A stretch of DNA of 11,128 nt from a bacterium (lineage in GTDB: Bacteria > Patescibacteriota > Minisyncoccia > RBG-13-40-8-A): contig JAUYCU010000020.1 in assembly GCA_030692145.1 (NCBI GenBank), forward strand, positions 1 to 11,128, written 5' to 3'. The position numbers were made by a program, and so were the translations under genes. Numbering within the stretch: the stretch's first letter is position 1; each line of letters begins with the position of its first letter. The notes beneath the pieces were generated by a model. The model made no database searches, had not been told where the DNA came from, and worked only from the letters and a program-made list of their open reading frames with translations. This document shows positions 1-7,028 of the stretch, piece after piece.

Positions 1-128
1 TCCCAGCCCGAGGCTGGTCCGCCTTGGGCGGAAAAACCATCCCTGAATAAATCTTCGAAATTTACACCCTGATTGCTAAACCCCGAAAAATCCCAGCCCG
101 GGGCTGGTCCGCCTTGGGCGGAGAAACC
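1..128 (-). repeat. In-frame direct repeat with a 90-bp period (units 1-38 and 91-128, about 90% identical) in the dnaJ G/F linker; each unit is a tandem double hairpin
   Basis: Units are tcccagcccgaggctggtccgccttgggcggaaaaacc (1-38) and tcccagcccggggctggtccgccttgggcggagaaacc (91-128). Each holds two 6-bp stems with 3-nt loops (ccagcc-cga-ggctgg and tccgcc-ttg-ggcgga). Each encodes GFSAQGGPA(P/S)GW. The 90-bp spacing equals 30 codons. Confidence 0.8.
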
Positions 129-338
129 TTCGAAGGTTGTGCCGAATTGGTCGTATTGCTGGCGCTTCTCGTCATTGGATAAAATTGAATACGCTTCGTT
201 GATTTCTTTGAATCTCTTGTCATCTCCTCCGGTTTTATCGGGATGATATTGATGAGCAAGCCGTCTGTAGGCTTGCTTTATCTCGTCCTTATTCGCGCCT
301 TTATTTACTCCCAGTGTTTTATAATAATCTTTACTCAT
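1..338 (-). CDS. dnaJ: Chaperone DnaJ, N-terminal part (J domain plus Gly/Phe-rich linker); the C-terminus lies beyond the window edge
   Basis: The reverse-strand translation from the ATG at 338-336 reads [112 protein letters not shown]. This is a canonical J domain with the HPD motif, followed by a G/F region with a DIF-like EDLF motif. The frame is open to position 1. The ORF track misses it because it is truncated at the edge. Its start overlaps the upstream gene's stop as ATGA. Confidence 0.9.
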   Translation of the reverse strand, partial: MSKDYYKTLGVNKGANKDEIKQAYRRLAHQYHPDKTGGDDKRFKEINEAYSILSNDEKRQQYDQFGTTFEGFSAQGGPAPGWDFSGFSNQGVNFEDLFRDGFSAQGGPASGW

Positions 339-1210
339 AGTTTTACGGTTTCCATTTCTCTTGTTTCTTTTTCAATATTTGCGAATTTCAAAATAACCAA
401 TAATCTTAAAAACAGCCAACTCAAAAGAATAATTATTGCGATATAGAAAAATCCGATTAATTTCAAAGCCAAAAACAAACCGACTGCCAATCCAATAGGA
501 ATAAATTTTTCGTACGGCCCACTGGAAGTGTTTATTTGGTATTCCATCAGTTGATAAATCAAATCTTTAATTGTCTCGCCTTCCTTAATTTCAATATTGT
601 ATTTTTCTTTCAGTTCCTTTATTTCCTGTGGTTTCAAAATCTGTTTTGCTTCGGTATCTATGCTTGAAATTTCTTCGGGCAGCCTTTCGATAATCAATGT
701 TTCCAGAGGCTTAATTACCATATCGAAAGTTTTTCTGGGGATAACGATTTCTTTCTTCTGGATTTTCGCCAATTCAGGAGAAAAATAATAAACCAAAGCA
801 ATTAAAACGCACAAAAAAGTTATAAATATCGGCAAGCCTCTTTTCCAGATTCTCCAAAAATTCAATTTCATCTGTACCATCTCTTCTCTTTGGATTTTCG
901 AAGACGCAACAACAAAAGCCCAGAACAGAAGCGCCAACGCAACGAGATAATAAAACGGCTCATTATTGAAAAACATCCCGAATATTCCGAGAGTTAAAAG
1001 AAAAGAACCATAGAGTATTTTTTTGTCTTTAATTAAAAGCATTGCCAAGCACAAGGCAATGCCCCAAAAAACGAAAATAAATCCACCCATCACCCAACGC
1101 GAAGTTGTTAGGTCGCCAAAATAAAAAACATACTTCAAAAACCACCACGAAATCGCACCCAATAATACCACGGCGGAGCCAAGAATTATTTCTTTATATA
1201 GTTTTCGCAT
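335..1210 (-). CDS. Uncharacterised polytopic membrane protein (291 aa) embedded in the dnaK operon: about 5 N-terminal TM helices, a roughly 90-aa charged loop, then 1-2 C-terminal TM helices
   Basis: Long ORF with strongly hydrophobic segments, including [68 protein letters not shown] and [30 protein letters not shown]. It sits between dnaK and dnaJ on the same strand. Its TGA stop (335-337) overlaps the dnaJ ATG (338-336) as ATGA, which suggests translational coupling. I recognise no family motif. Confidence 0.7.
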   Translation of the reverse strand: MRKLYKEIILGSAVVLLGAISWWFLKYVFYFGDLTTSRWVMGGFIFVFWGIALCLAMLLIKDKKILYGSFLLTLGIFGMFFNNEPFYYLVALALLFWAFVVASSKIQREEMVQMKLNFWRIWKRGLPIFITFLCVLIALVYYFSPELAKIQKKEIVIPRKTFDMVIKPLETLIIERLPEEISSIDTEAKQILKPQEIKELKEKYNIEIKEGETIKDLIYQLMEYQINTSSGPYEKFIPIGLAVGLFLALKLIGFFYIAIIILLSWLFLRLLVILKFANIEKETREMETVKL

Positions 1211-1226
1211 GAAGTAAATGTTTAAT

Positions 1227-1257
1227 TCCCGCCCGAGGCGGGTCAGCCCTGGGCTGA
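1227..1257 (-). promoter_or_regulatory. Tandem GC-rich hairpins directly after the dnaK stop codon (cccgcc-cga-ggcggg and tcagcc-ctg-ggctga); an intra-operon attenuator or stabiliser hairpin, or a REP-like element
   Basis: Two perfect 6-bp stems with 3-nt loops abut the dnaK TAA (1258-1260). About 80% GC in a roughly 35% GC genome. No clear U-run follows, so probably not a full terminator. The sequence is about 80% identical to the reverse complement of the dnaJ repeat unit, and every stem difference is compensatory. Confidence 0.5.
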
Positions 1258-3129
1258 TTATTTCTTTTCTTCTGTTTCCCCTTCTTTGATATCCGGATTC
1301 TTGTCGTCTTTCTTCTGCGCATCTTGCTGTGCTTTGTAAAGTTCGGTTCCTACTTTTTGAATTGCCTGAGAAAGTTCTTCGGAGGCTTTTTTTATTTCTT
1401 CGATATTGTCACTGTCTTTTACTTTTTTCAGGGCCTCGATTTTTTCCTCGATTTCTTTCTTGTTCTCTTCTTTTATTTTATCACCAAAATCCTTGATTGT
1501 CCTTTCGGTCGTATAAACCAAAGTATCAGCGGCATTTCTGATATCAATAATTTCTTTTTTTCTCCGATCTTCTTCGGCGTGAATTTCCGCTTCTTTTTTC
1601 ATTCTCTCGATTTCTTCTTTAGAAATTCCCGAAGAACCTTCAATTCTGATTGATTGAACTCTATTCGTGGCTTTGTCTTTTGCGGTTACGTTTAAAATTC
1701 CATTGGCATCAATATCAAAATTAACCTCGACTTGCGGAATTCCCTTTGGAGCCGGTGGAATACCGTCCAGAATAAATCTGCCCAAGGTTTTATTATTCCC
1801 GGCCATTGGTCTTTCGCCCTGAAGCACGTGAATTTCAACCGAAGACTGACTATCGGTAGCAGTGGAAAAAATCTGATTTTTATTGACCGGAACCGTGGTG
1901 TTTTTTTCCACAAGTTTGGTCATAACTCCGCCCAAGGTTTCGATTCCCAAAGACAGTGGTGTAACGTCCAAAAGCAGAACGTCTTTTACGTCTCCCTGGA
2001 AAATTCCCGCCTGAACAGCAGCGCCCAAAGCAACCACCTCGTCGGGATTAATATCTTTATGCGGTTCTTTGCCAAAAAGTTCTTTTACTTTTTGCTGAAT
2101 CAACGGCATTCTGGTTTGGCCTCCAACCAGAACAACTTCATCAATATCGGAAATCTTAAATTTAGAATCTTTGATAACGCTTTTGGTTATTTCAATAGAT
2201 TTATCGATATATTCTCCAACTAAATCTTCGAGTTTGGCTCTGGTGAATTTTATGTTCAGATGTTTCGGACCGCCGGAATCGGAAGTAATGAATGGAATAT
2301 TCACTTCGGTTTCCATAGTCGAAGAAAGTTCGTGTTTGGCTTTTTCCGCGGAATCTTTCAATCTTTGTAAAGCCAATTGGTCTTTCGATAAATCAATCCC
2401 CTCTTGTTTCTTGAATTCATCAACCAGCCAATGAATGATTATCTGGTCAAAATCGTCTCCGCCCAAATGCGTATCGCCACCGGTTGCTTTTACCTCTACG
2501 ATATCTTTAGAAACCTCCAAAACCGAAACATCGAATGTTCCGCCGCCAAAATCATAAACCACAATTTGCTCGTCTTTCTTTGTATTCAACCCGTATGCCA
2601 AAGCGGCCGCGGTCGGCTCATTAATAATTCTTTTCACTTTCAGTCCCGCGATTTCTCCCGCGTCCTTGGTTGCTTTTCTTTGCGAATCGTCGAAATATGC
2701 AGGAACGGTAATTACCGCTTCCTCTATTTTCTCTCCCAAACGATCTTCGGCATCCTGTTTCAATTTTTGTAAAATCATTGCCGAGATTTCCGCTGGCCCG
2801 TACCATTTATCGTTCATTTTGATTTCTACGGCACCCTCTTTGGATTCTCTGATATCATAAGGCAAAAGTTTCTTGTCTTTTTGCACTTCCGCATCGGAAA
2901 ATCTCCTGCCGATTAATCGTTTAACAGAAAAAATAGTGTTTTTCGGATTGGTAACTGCTTGTCTTTTCGCTAAAAGACCGACCAATCTTTCGTTGGCCTT
3001 AGAAATAGCAATAATCGAAGGGGTTGTTCTATTTCCTTCTTTGTTCTCAATAATTCTCGGCTCGCCTGCTTCAATAATTGCCATTGCCGAATTAGTCGTG
3101 CCCAAATCAATACCTAATATTTTACTCAT
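1258..3129 (-). CDS. dnaK: Molecular chaperone DnaK (Hsp70), 623 aa
   Basis: N-terminus [19 protein letters not shown] and full-length Hsp70 motifs ([20 protein letters not shown]), with an acidic EEKK C-terminal tail. ATG at 3129-3127, TAA at 1260-1258. Confidence 0.97.
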   Translation of the reverse strand: MSKILGIDLGTTNSAMAIIEAGEPRIIENKEGNRTTPSIIAISKANERLVGLLAKRQAVTNPKNTIFSVKRLIGRRFSDAEVQKDKKLLPYDIRESKEGAVEIKMNDKWYGPAEISAMILQKLKQDAEDRLGEKIEEAVITVPAYFDDSQRKATKDAGEIAGLKVKRIINEPTAAALAYGLNTKKDEQIVVYDFGGGTFDVSVLEVSKDIVEVKATGGDTHLGGDDFDQIIIHWLVDEFKKQEGIDLSKDQLALQRLKDSAEKAKHELSSTMETEVNIPFITSDSGGPKHLNIKFTRAKLEDLVGEYIDKSIEITKSVIKDSKFKISDIDEVVLVGGQTRMPLIQQKVKELFGKEPHKDINPDEVVALGAAVQAGIFQGDVKDVLLLDVTPLSLGIETLGGVMTKLVEKNTTVPVNKNQIFSTATDSQSSVEIHVLQGERPMAGNNKTLGRFILDGIPPAPKGIPQVEVNFDIDANGILNVTAKDKATNRVQSIRIEGSSGISKEEIERMKKEAEIHAEEDRRKKEIIDIRNAADTLVYTTERTIKDFGDKIKEENKKEIEEKIEALKKVKDSDNIEEIKKASEELSQAIQKVGTELYKAQQDAQKKDDKNPDIKEGETEEKK

Positions 3130-3156
3130 ATGTTTATTTTATTTATTTATTATTAA

Positions 3157-3681
3157 TTATTTACTTATTTTGACTTTTGAAGGGCGGATTACTTTACCAT
3201 GGAGTTTGTAGCCTGTTTGAACTTCTTCAATTACGGTTCCAGGATCTTCGCCTTCGACAACTTCTATTGATTCGTGAAGTTCGGGATTGAATTTTTCGCC
3301 AACAGCTTCAATTTCTTCAATGCCGTTGGATTTTAAAATATTTTTCAGCTGATTATAAAGCTGCTCGATTCCGTTGTCTTTGCCTGCTTGTTCGTCATCA
3401 GGCAGATGCTTCATTGCCAGCTCAAAACTATCCAAAACCGGTAAAACATCCAGAATCAATCCTTCGTTCGCAAATTTGTAGTATTCGGAAATTTTTGCTT
3501 CCTGTTCCCTTTTATAATTTATAAAATCCGCTTTTGCTTTTTGTGCAAAAGTTAAGAACTCCCCTCTTTCGTGCTCGGCTTTCCTTAAACGTTCTTTAAT
3601 CTTTTTGATTTTAGCTCCTGCTTCTTCTGTATTTTCTTCCGGCACAATTTCTATTTTTTCTATGTTGCCTTCTTTACTCAT
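3157..3681 (-). CDS. grpE: Nucleotide exchange factor GrpE, 174 aa
   Basis: GrpE-like sequence (coiled-coil N-terminus, C-terminal ...YKLHGKVIRPSKVKISK) positioned between hrcA and dnaK. Its ATG (3681-3679) overlaps the hrcA stop (3676-3674) by 8 nt (ATGAGTAA), consistent with coupling. Confidence 0.92.
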   Translation of the reverse strand: MSKEGNIEKIEIVPEENTEEAGAKIKKIKERLRKAEHERGEFLTFAQKAKADFINYKREQEAKISEYYKFANEGLILDVLPVLDSFELAMKHLPDDEQAGKDNGIEQLYNQLKNILKSNGIEEIEAVGEKFNPELHESIEVVEGEDPGTVIEEVQTGYKLHGKVIRPSKVKISK

Positions 3682-4366
3682 GATCCTGCATTAATTCTCT
3701 TAATTTATTAATCAATGAAATATTGTAATCGTATTTCATCCGTGTCGGGCCAAGCAAGCCGATTACTCCGTGCTTATTATCCGGCATATTACACTTAGAA
3801 ACAATAATGGAAATCTTTTTAGTTTTGCCGAGTGGATTGTCTTTTCCGATAAAAACTTTGGTTTCGTTATCATTGATTTTTTCAAATAATTCATCAAAGT
3901 GTTTTTCAAATTGCTCCATTGTTTGCGCCATTTCCGAAAAATAATCCATATCTCCAAATTCGGGAAATTTCAAGAGATTAGAAAGCCCGGTCTGATAAAA
4001 AGAATTCATTTCTTTAATTGCGCTGAATGCAAATCCTCCGGACATTTCTGCCAGAGTTTCCGCAACATCTTTAAAAGCGTCTTCCGGTATTCTCTGGCTG
4101 ATTTTTGTTGGTACGCTCACGTTTTTTATTTGTGCCGATTTAATGAAAAGTCTATAGGCCTTATCGGTCGGGATTCTTCCTGCCGAAGTATGCGGCTGAA
4201 TCAGGTATTTCCCCTTTTCCAGCTCTTTCATTTCGTTTCGCAGTGTTGCCGAACTTAACCCGAGCTTTTTGGCCAGGATTTTCGAACTGATTGGTTTTGG
4301 CTTATTCACATATTCCCCGATAATCAATTCCAGTATTTTCTGTTGTCTTTCGGTCAATTTATCCAT
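3674..4366 (-). CDS. hrcA: Heat-inducible transcription repressor HrcA
   Basis: N-terminus MDKLTERQQKILELIIGEYV matches the HrcA winged-helix start. The ORF track begins at a GTG at 4381 that lies inside the CIRCE operator. The ATG at 4366-4364 is the more plausible start. This is the first gene of the CIRCE-controlled operon. Confidence 0.88.
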   Translation of the reverse strand: MDKLTERQQKILELIIGEYVNKPKPISSKILAKKLGLSSATLRNEMKELEKGKYLIQPHTSAGRIPTDKAYRLFIKSAQIKNVSVPTKISQRIPEDAFKDVAETLAEMSGGFAFSAIKEMNSFYQTGLSNLLKFPEFGDMDYFSEMAQTMEQFEKHFDELFEKINDNETKVFIGKDNPLGKTKKISIIVSKCNMPDNKHGVIGLLGPTRMKYDYNISLINKLRELMQDHE

Positions 4367-4374
4367 TTTTCTTA

Positions 4375-4401
4375 TTAGCACTCCCCTATCGAGAGTGCTA
4401 A
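4375..4401 (-). promoter_or_regulatory. CIRCE operator (HrcA binding site), perfect consensus TTAGCACTC-N9-GAGTGCTAA
   Basis: ttagcactc (4375-4383), ccctatcga, gagtgctaa (4393-4401). Perfect 9-bp inverted repeat with a 9-bp spacer, lying at the predicted TSS of the hrcA promoter. Confidence 0.92.
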
Positions 4402-4405
4402 TTCT

Positions 4406-4434
4406 ATATTATAGATACAAAATATCCTTGTCAA
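4406..4434 (-). promoter_or_regulatory. Sigma70-type promoter of the hrcA-grpE-dnaK operon
   Basis: The minus strand reads TTGACA (4434-4429), aggatattttgtatc, TATAAT (4413-4408). The spacer is 15 nt, or 17 nt if TAATAT at 4411-4406 is the -10. CIRCE begins about 7 nt downstream. Confidence 0.6.
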
Positions 4435-4451
4435 TACTTTCATCGATAAAT

Positions 4452-4485
4452 AAAAAGAGCCCGTCAGTGTTTCCACTGCGGGCTC
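4452..4485 (-). terminator. Rho-independent terminator of the SPFH gene
   Basis: On the minus strand, gagcccgcagtg-gaaa-cactgacgggctc forms a roughly 12-bp GC-rich stem with one bulge and a 4-nt loop. It is followed by a tttttatttat run and sits 10 nt after the gene's TAA. Confidence 0.75.
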
Positions 4486-4495
4486 GTCGAATTTC

Positions 4496-5731
4496 TTATC
4501 CTCCTTTTTTACCGACTGAATCAAGTGTCTCTTTGACTAGAGCCGCGAGACCAGAAACTCCAGCTGCGTTCGGATCAATAAAGAACTTGTCTCCCTTTTG
4601 CACCATCCCGGCAATCATTGTGGTTGCCAGAATTTTTGCCCCATCAGGACCAAAAGCTGCCACCTGAAGCTTGGTGTCTTCTGCCTTCCCTCGAGCATTA
4701 GCCTTAAGAGTAAACTCATTTGCTTCAGCTACCATAATATCGGCATCTTTTTTCCCTGCAGCGGTCTTTCTGACGGCCTCTGCGTTCTGCGTGGCAACTG
4801 CCAAATTCAGCATTGCCTCGGAATAACCCGGCGGAGGAATAACGGCCTGAATCATTACCGTCTTGATTTCCAGGCCCCAATTCTTATCGGCTTTTTGTTC
4901 CGCGGAATCCTCTGTTTTGAGCTTCTCTTCCAGCTTATCATTGATTTCGTTAATGCTGATATTCTTCTTGATATCGATCTCCTTCATATAGCCTTCTGCC
5001 GCGAGCGCAATTTGCAAATTAGTATTGATTTTCGCAACAGCAGAATAAACCTCTTTAAACTTCCTTGAACCAACTTCCGATCTCAATGTTGCCCAGGTAA
5101 ACTCTGCGGCCATAGGAATAGGATCCTCTGCCTTTATGACAAAATCACAGGCATCGGTTACTTTCCAGTAAAGAAGAATATCGAGAGTAGCCTCAATAAG
5201 GTCTTTGGTAATAATCTTTCTAGGCTCAAGATCTTCTGCTCTGGTCCACATCGGGACGAAGACCAGTTTTTCAAACGGGTAAAAAACCCAAACAGGTCCA
5301 GGGTCTTGCGGGTTAAAGTTCTTAAAGATTCTTCTAATGACTTTGTTGAAAAAATTTCCTTCTTCCGATTTGTCTTTCTTTTTGTCTTTTTCGTCTTTCT
5401 TCTCGTTTTTCTTCGTCAATGGCTTCGGCAACATCTTTCCCAGACGGAAAACTACCCCCTTTTCCCATGCTTTTACAAACTTCAAGCAGTGAGTAGCGTA
5501 CCAGCCAAAAAGAGTGCTGACGAGAACGAAGAAAAAGAACCAGGTTGGGACAACAGAATAAAAAGAATTACTAAGAAAAAAACCGGTAAAAATAAAAAGC
5601 AGATCAGCAGCAAAAATAAGCAAGAAAATTGATCTTGTGATGTTAATTTTCTTTTTCAAACCGCTGATTTCTTTGATTCTCCAGTCCGTTTCTGGTTTTG
5701 TGTTGCTTGTTACAACATTTGTTTCCGGCAT
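4496..5731 (-). CDS. SPFH/band-7 (stomatin/prohibitin/HflC-like) membrane protein, 411 aa, with Lys/Asp/Glu-rich low-complexity insertions
   Basis: Two N-terminal TM helices. Then WEKGVVFRLGK ... LRSEVGSRKF ... WGLEIKTVMIQAVIPPPGYSEAMLNLAVATQNAEAVR, matching the SPFH core motifs (VVFRLGK; WGI.V..V.I.D..P..V..AM). An insert TKKNEKKDEKDKKKDKSEEG lies inside the domain. A strong SD, aaggag, sits 7 nt before the ATG at 5731. Confidence 0.85.
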   Translation of the reverse strand: MPETNVVTSNTKPETDWRIKEISGLKKKINITRSIFLLIFAADLLFIFTGFFLSNSFYSVVPTWFFFFVLVSTLFGWYATHCLKFVKAWEKGVVFRLGKMLPKPLTKKNEKKDEKDKKKDKSEEGNFFNKVIRRIFKNFNPQDPGPVWVFYPFEKLVFVPMWTRAEDLEPRKIITKDLIEATLDILLYWKVTDACDFVIKAEDPIPMAAEFTWATLRSEVGSRKFKEVYSAVAKINTNLQIALAAEGYMKEIDIKKNISINEINDKLEEKLKTEDSAEQKADKNWGLEIKTVMIQAVIPPPGYSEAMLNLAVATQNAEAVRKTAAGKKDADIMVAEANEFTLKANARGKAEDTKLQVAAFGPDGAKILATTMIAGMVQKGDKFFIDPNAAGVSGLAALVKETLDSVGKKGG

Positions 5732-5841
5732 TTTGATTCTCCTTTACCTCGCCATAGCTTAATGCGTAGGCAGGTTTGTTGGTAGATTTTTTTATATTAA
5801 GCCAAGTAGTTTGGCATTTTAAAGGTGCGAAATATATATTA

Positions 5842-5860
5842 AGTCTATATGAAATAGACT
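5842..5860 (-). promoter_or_regulatory. Inverted repeat agtctat-N5-atagact at the TSS of the SPFH promoter (candidate operator or 5'-terminal hairpin)
   Basis: 7-bp perfect arms with a 5-nt centre (atgaa), 5 bp downstream of the -10 hexamer. Confidence 0.4.
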
Positions 5861-5865
5861 ACGTT

Positions 5866-5894
5866 ATTATATACCCGATAATAAAATCTGTCAA
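5866..5894 (-). promoter_or_regulatory. Perfect consensus sigma70 promoter for the SPFH gene (TTGACA-N17-TATAAT)
   Basis: Minus strand: ttgaca (5894-5889), a 17-nt spacer, tataat (5871-5866). This gives a leader of about 128 nt. Confidence 0.65.
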
Positions 5895-5896
5895 GG

Positions 5897-5928
5897 TTTT
5901 TAATTTTTACCCGCTTTTGTGTTATAAT
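5897..5928 (+). promoter_or_regulatory. Promoter of corA with an extended -10 (TGtTATAAT) and a weak -35
   Basis: tgttataat at 5920-5928. The AT-rich -35 region at 5897-5905 lies back-to-back with the divergent SPFH promoter. A second TATAAT sits at 5934-5939. Confidence 0.5.
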
Positions 5929-5950
5929 TAAAATATAATTATTAAATTTA

Positions 5951-6001
5951 CCCCATTAAATCCCGCAGAGAGGAAGTCGCCAAAAACGACATTTAATGGG
6001 G
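5951..6001 (+). promoter_or_regulatory. 5'-UTR stem-loop that sequesters the corA ribosome-binding site
   Basis: ccccattaaat (5951-5961) is the exact reverse complement of atttaatgggg (5991-6001). The GGGG at 5998-6001 is the only SD-like element, 7 nt before the ATG at 6009. The loop holds a purine tract gagaggaag and an inner hairpin gtcg-ccaaaaa-cgac. Confidence 0.5.
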
Positions 6002-6002
6002 A

Positions 6003-6926
6003 ATGTTTATGGAAACGATAAAAATCAAAAATTTAACCTGGGTCGATATTGTTGACCCCAAAAAAGAAGACATCGAATATTTAAAACAAAATTTCGATTT
6101 TCATCCGATTGTTCTGGGCGAGCTTACGATTCATACTTTGCGCCCGAAAGTGGAAAATTACGACCATTATTTATATATGGTTCTGCATTTTCCGATTTAT
6201 CACCCCGAGGAAAAAACCAGCAAATCCATGGAGATCGACTTTCTGATTACGCCCACAACCCTAATTACTGTACGCTACGGAAAAATTCAGCCACTTCAGG
6301 AGTTTTGGAAAAAATGTGAAGCAAAAGACATTGACCCGCATTTCGGCGAAACAACCGCTTCCCTGCTTTATTATATGATTGGTGAATTGAATAATTTTTC
6401 CTCGCGACAACTTGACCATATCACCAGAAAAATTGACGATATTGAAAAAGAAATTTTCGGAACCAAAAATATCAAAAAAGAAGAAAAAATAGTCGAGGAA
6501 ATCTCTATTGTCAGAAGAGATATCTTGGATTTCCGTCGAATACTAAAACCCCAGAACACAATTTTTGAATCATTAAAAACCAGAGGCACAGAATTTTTCG
6601 GAAAGTCAGAAGAGCCCTATTTTGTCGATATTATTGGCGACCATATGCGCGTATGGAATTTATTGGAAAACAACAAGGAAACTATCGAATCTTTACAGGA
6701 AGCGAATGATTCTCTGCTTTCAAACCGCACGAACAGAATCATGAAAATCATCACTCTGTTTGCGGTGATTGTTTTCCCGCTTACGCTGGTTGCTGCGATT
6801 TTCGGAATGAACACAAAATATCTGCCGATTATCGGAATGGAAAACGATTTCTGGATAATCTTGGGGATTATGTTTATCGGTACAATTTCCATGCTTATTC
6901 TTTTCAAGATTAAAAAATGGCTCTAG
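6003..6926 (+). CDS. corA: CorA-family Mg2+/Co2+ transporter, 307 aa (the ATG at 6009 may be the true start)
   Basis: C-terminal AAIFGMNTKYLP has the GMN signature within the first of two terminal TM helices. A large N-terminal soluble domain is present. The ORF ends at a TAG. Confidence 0.9.
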   Translation: MFMETIKIKNLTWVDIVDPKKEDIEYLKQNFDFHPIVLGELTIHTLRPKVENYDHYLYMVLHFPIYHPEEKTSKSMEIDFLITPTTLITVRYGKIQPLQEFWKKCEAKDIDPHFGETTASLLYYMIGELNNFSSRQLDHITRKIDDIEKEIFGTKNIKKEEKIVEEISIVRRDILDFRRILKPQNTIFESLKTRGTEFFGKSEEPYFVDIIGDHMRVWNLLENNKETIESLQEANDSLLSNRTNRIMKIITLFAVIVFPLTLVAAIFGMNTKYLPIIGMENDFWIILGIMFIGTISMLILFKIKKWL

Positions 6927-6942
6927 GCCTTGCTACGCAAGG
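6927..6942 (+). terminator. Weak hairpin after corA (ccttgc-tac-gcaagg), possibly a partial terminator
   Basis: 6-bp stem with a 3-nt loop directly after the TAG, followed by the T-poor tract aatttctaaatt. Confidence 0.3.
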
Positions 6943-6962
6943 AATTTCTAAATTCCAAACCC

Positions 6963-7022
6963 TAATCTCTAAATAATTTCAAAATAAAAAATTTAGAGAT
7001 TAAAAATTAGAGATTAGAGATT
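6963..7022 (+). repeat. Repeat array in the cysS leader: a 12-bp inverted repeat taatctctaaat / atttagagatta, plus two more direct copies of ttagagatt
   Basis: 6963-6974 is the reverse complement of 6991-7002, with a 16-nt A-rich loop. ttagagatt recurs at 7007-7015 and tagagatt at 7015-7022, ending 6 nt before the cysS ATG. Confidence 0.55.
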
Positions 7023-7028
7023 TTAAAC

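Noticed and set aside
62-259. 65-aa ORF on the minus strand in the ORF track
   Set aside because: It is an alternative frame of the dnaJ J-domain region. The frame starting at 338 gives a textbook J domain (HPD motif), so this ORF is a frame shadow.
243-446. 67-aa plus-strand ORF spanning the dnaJ start and the membrane-protein end
   Set aside because: It is antisense to two well-supported genes. It has low-complexity hydrophobic content typical of an AT-rich antisense frame.
1324-3211. Multiple plus- and minus-strand ORFs (1324-1653, 1692-1913, 1732-2223, 2171-2434, 2404-2772, 2621-2806, 2666-2860, 2873-3211) overlapping dnaK
   Set aside because: dnaK occupies this region with a full-length conserved Hsp70 translation. 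These are shadow ORFs with Phe/Leu-rich, low-complexity products.
3763-5632. Embedded or antisense ORFs inside hrcA and the SPFH gene (3763-3957, 3899-4258, 4269-4667, 4598-5068, 5306-5632)
   Set aside because: They overlap conserved genes. 5306-5632 is the antisense of the K/D/E-rich low-complexity tract. 4269-4667 would run through the CIRCE, the promoter and the terminator.
5732-6002. Possible replication origin, given nearby dnaB and the AT-rich divergent intergenic region
   Set aside because: No DnaA-box-like motifs (TTATCCACA or variants) are seen. The region is explained by two back-to-back promoters.
6927-7028. T-box riboswitch upstream of cysS, or M-box upstream of corA
   Set aside because: The leaders are about 100 nt and 75 nt. 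That is far shorter than the T-box (over 200 nt) or the M-box (about 160 nt), and no T-box or specifier-like conserved sequences are visible.
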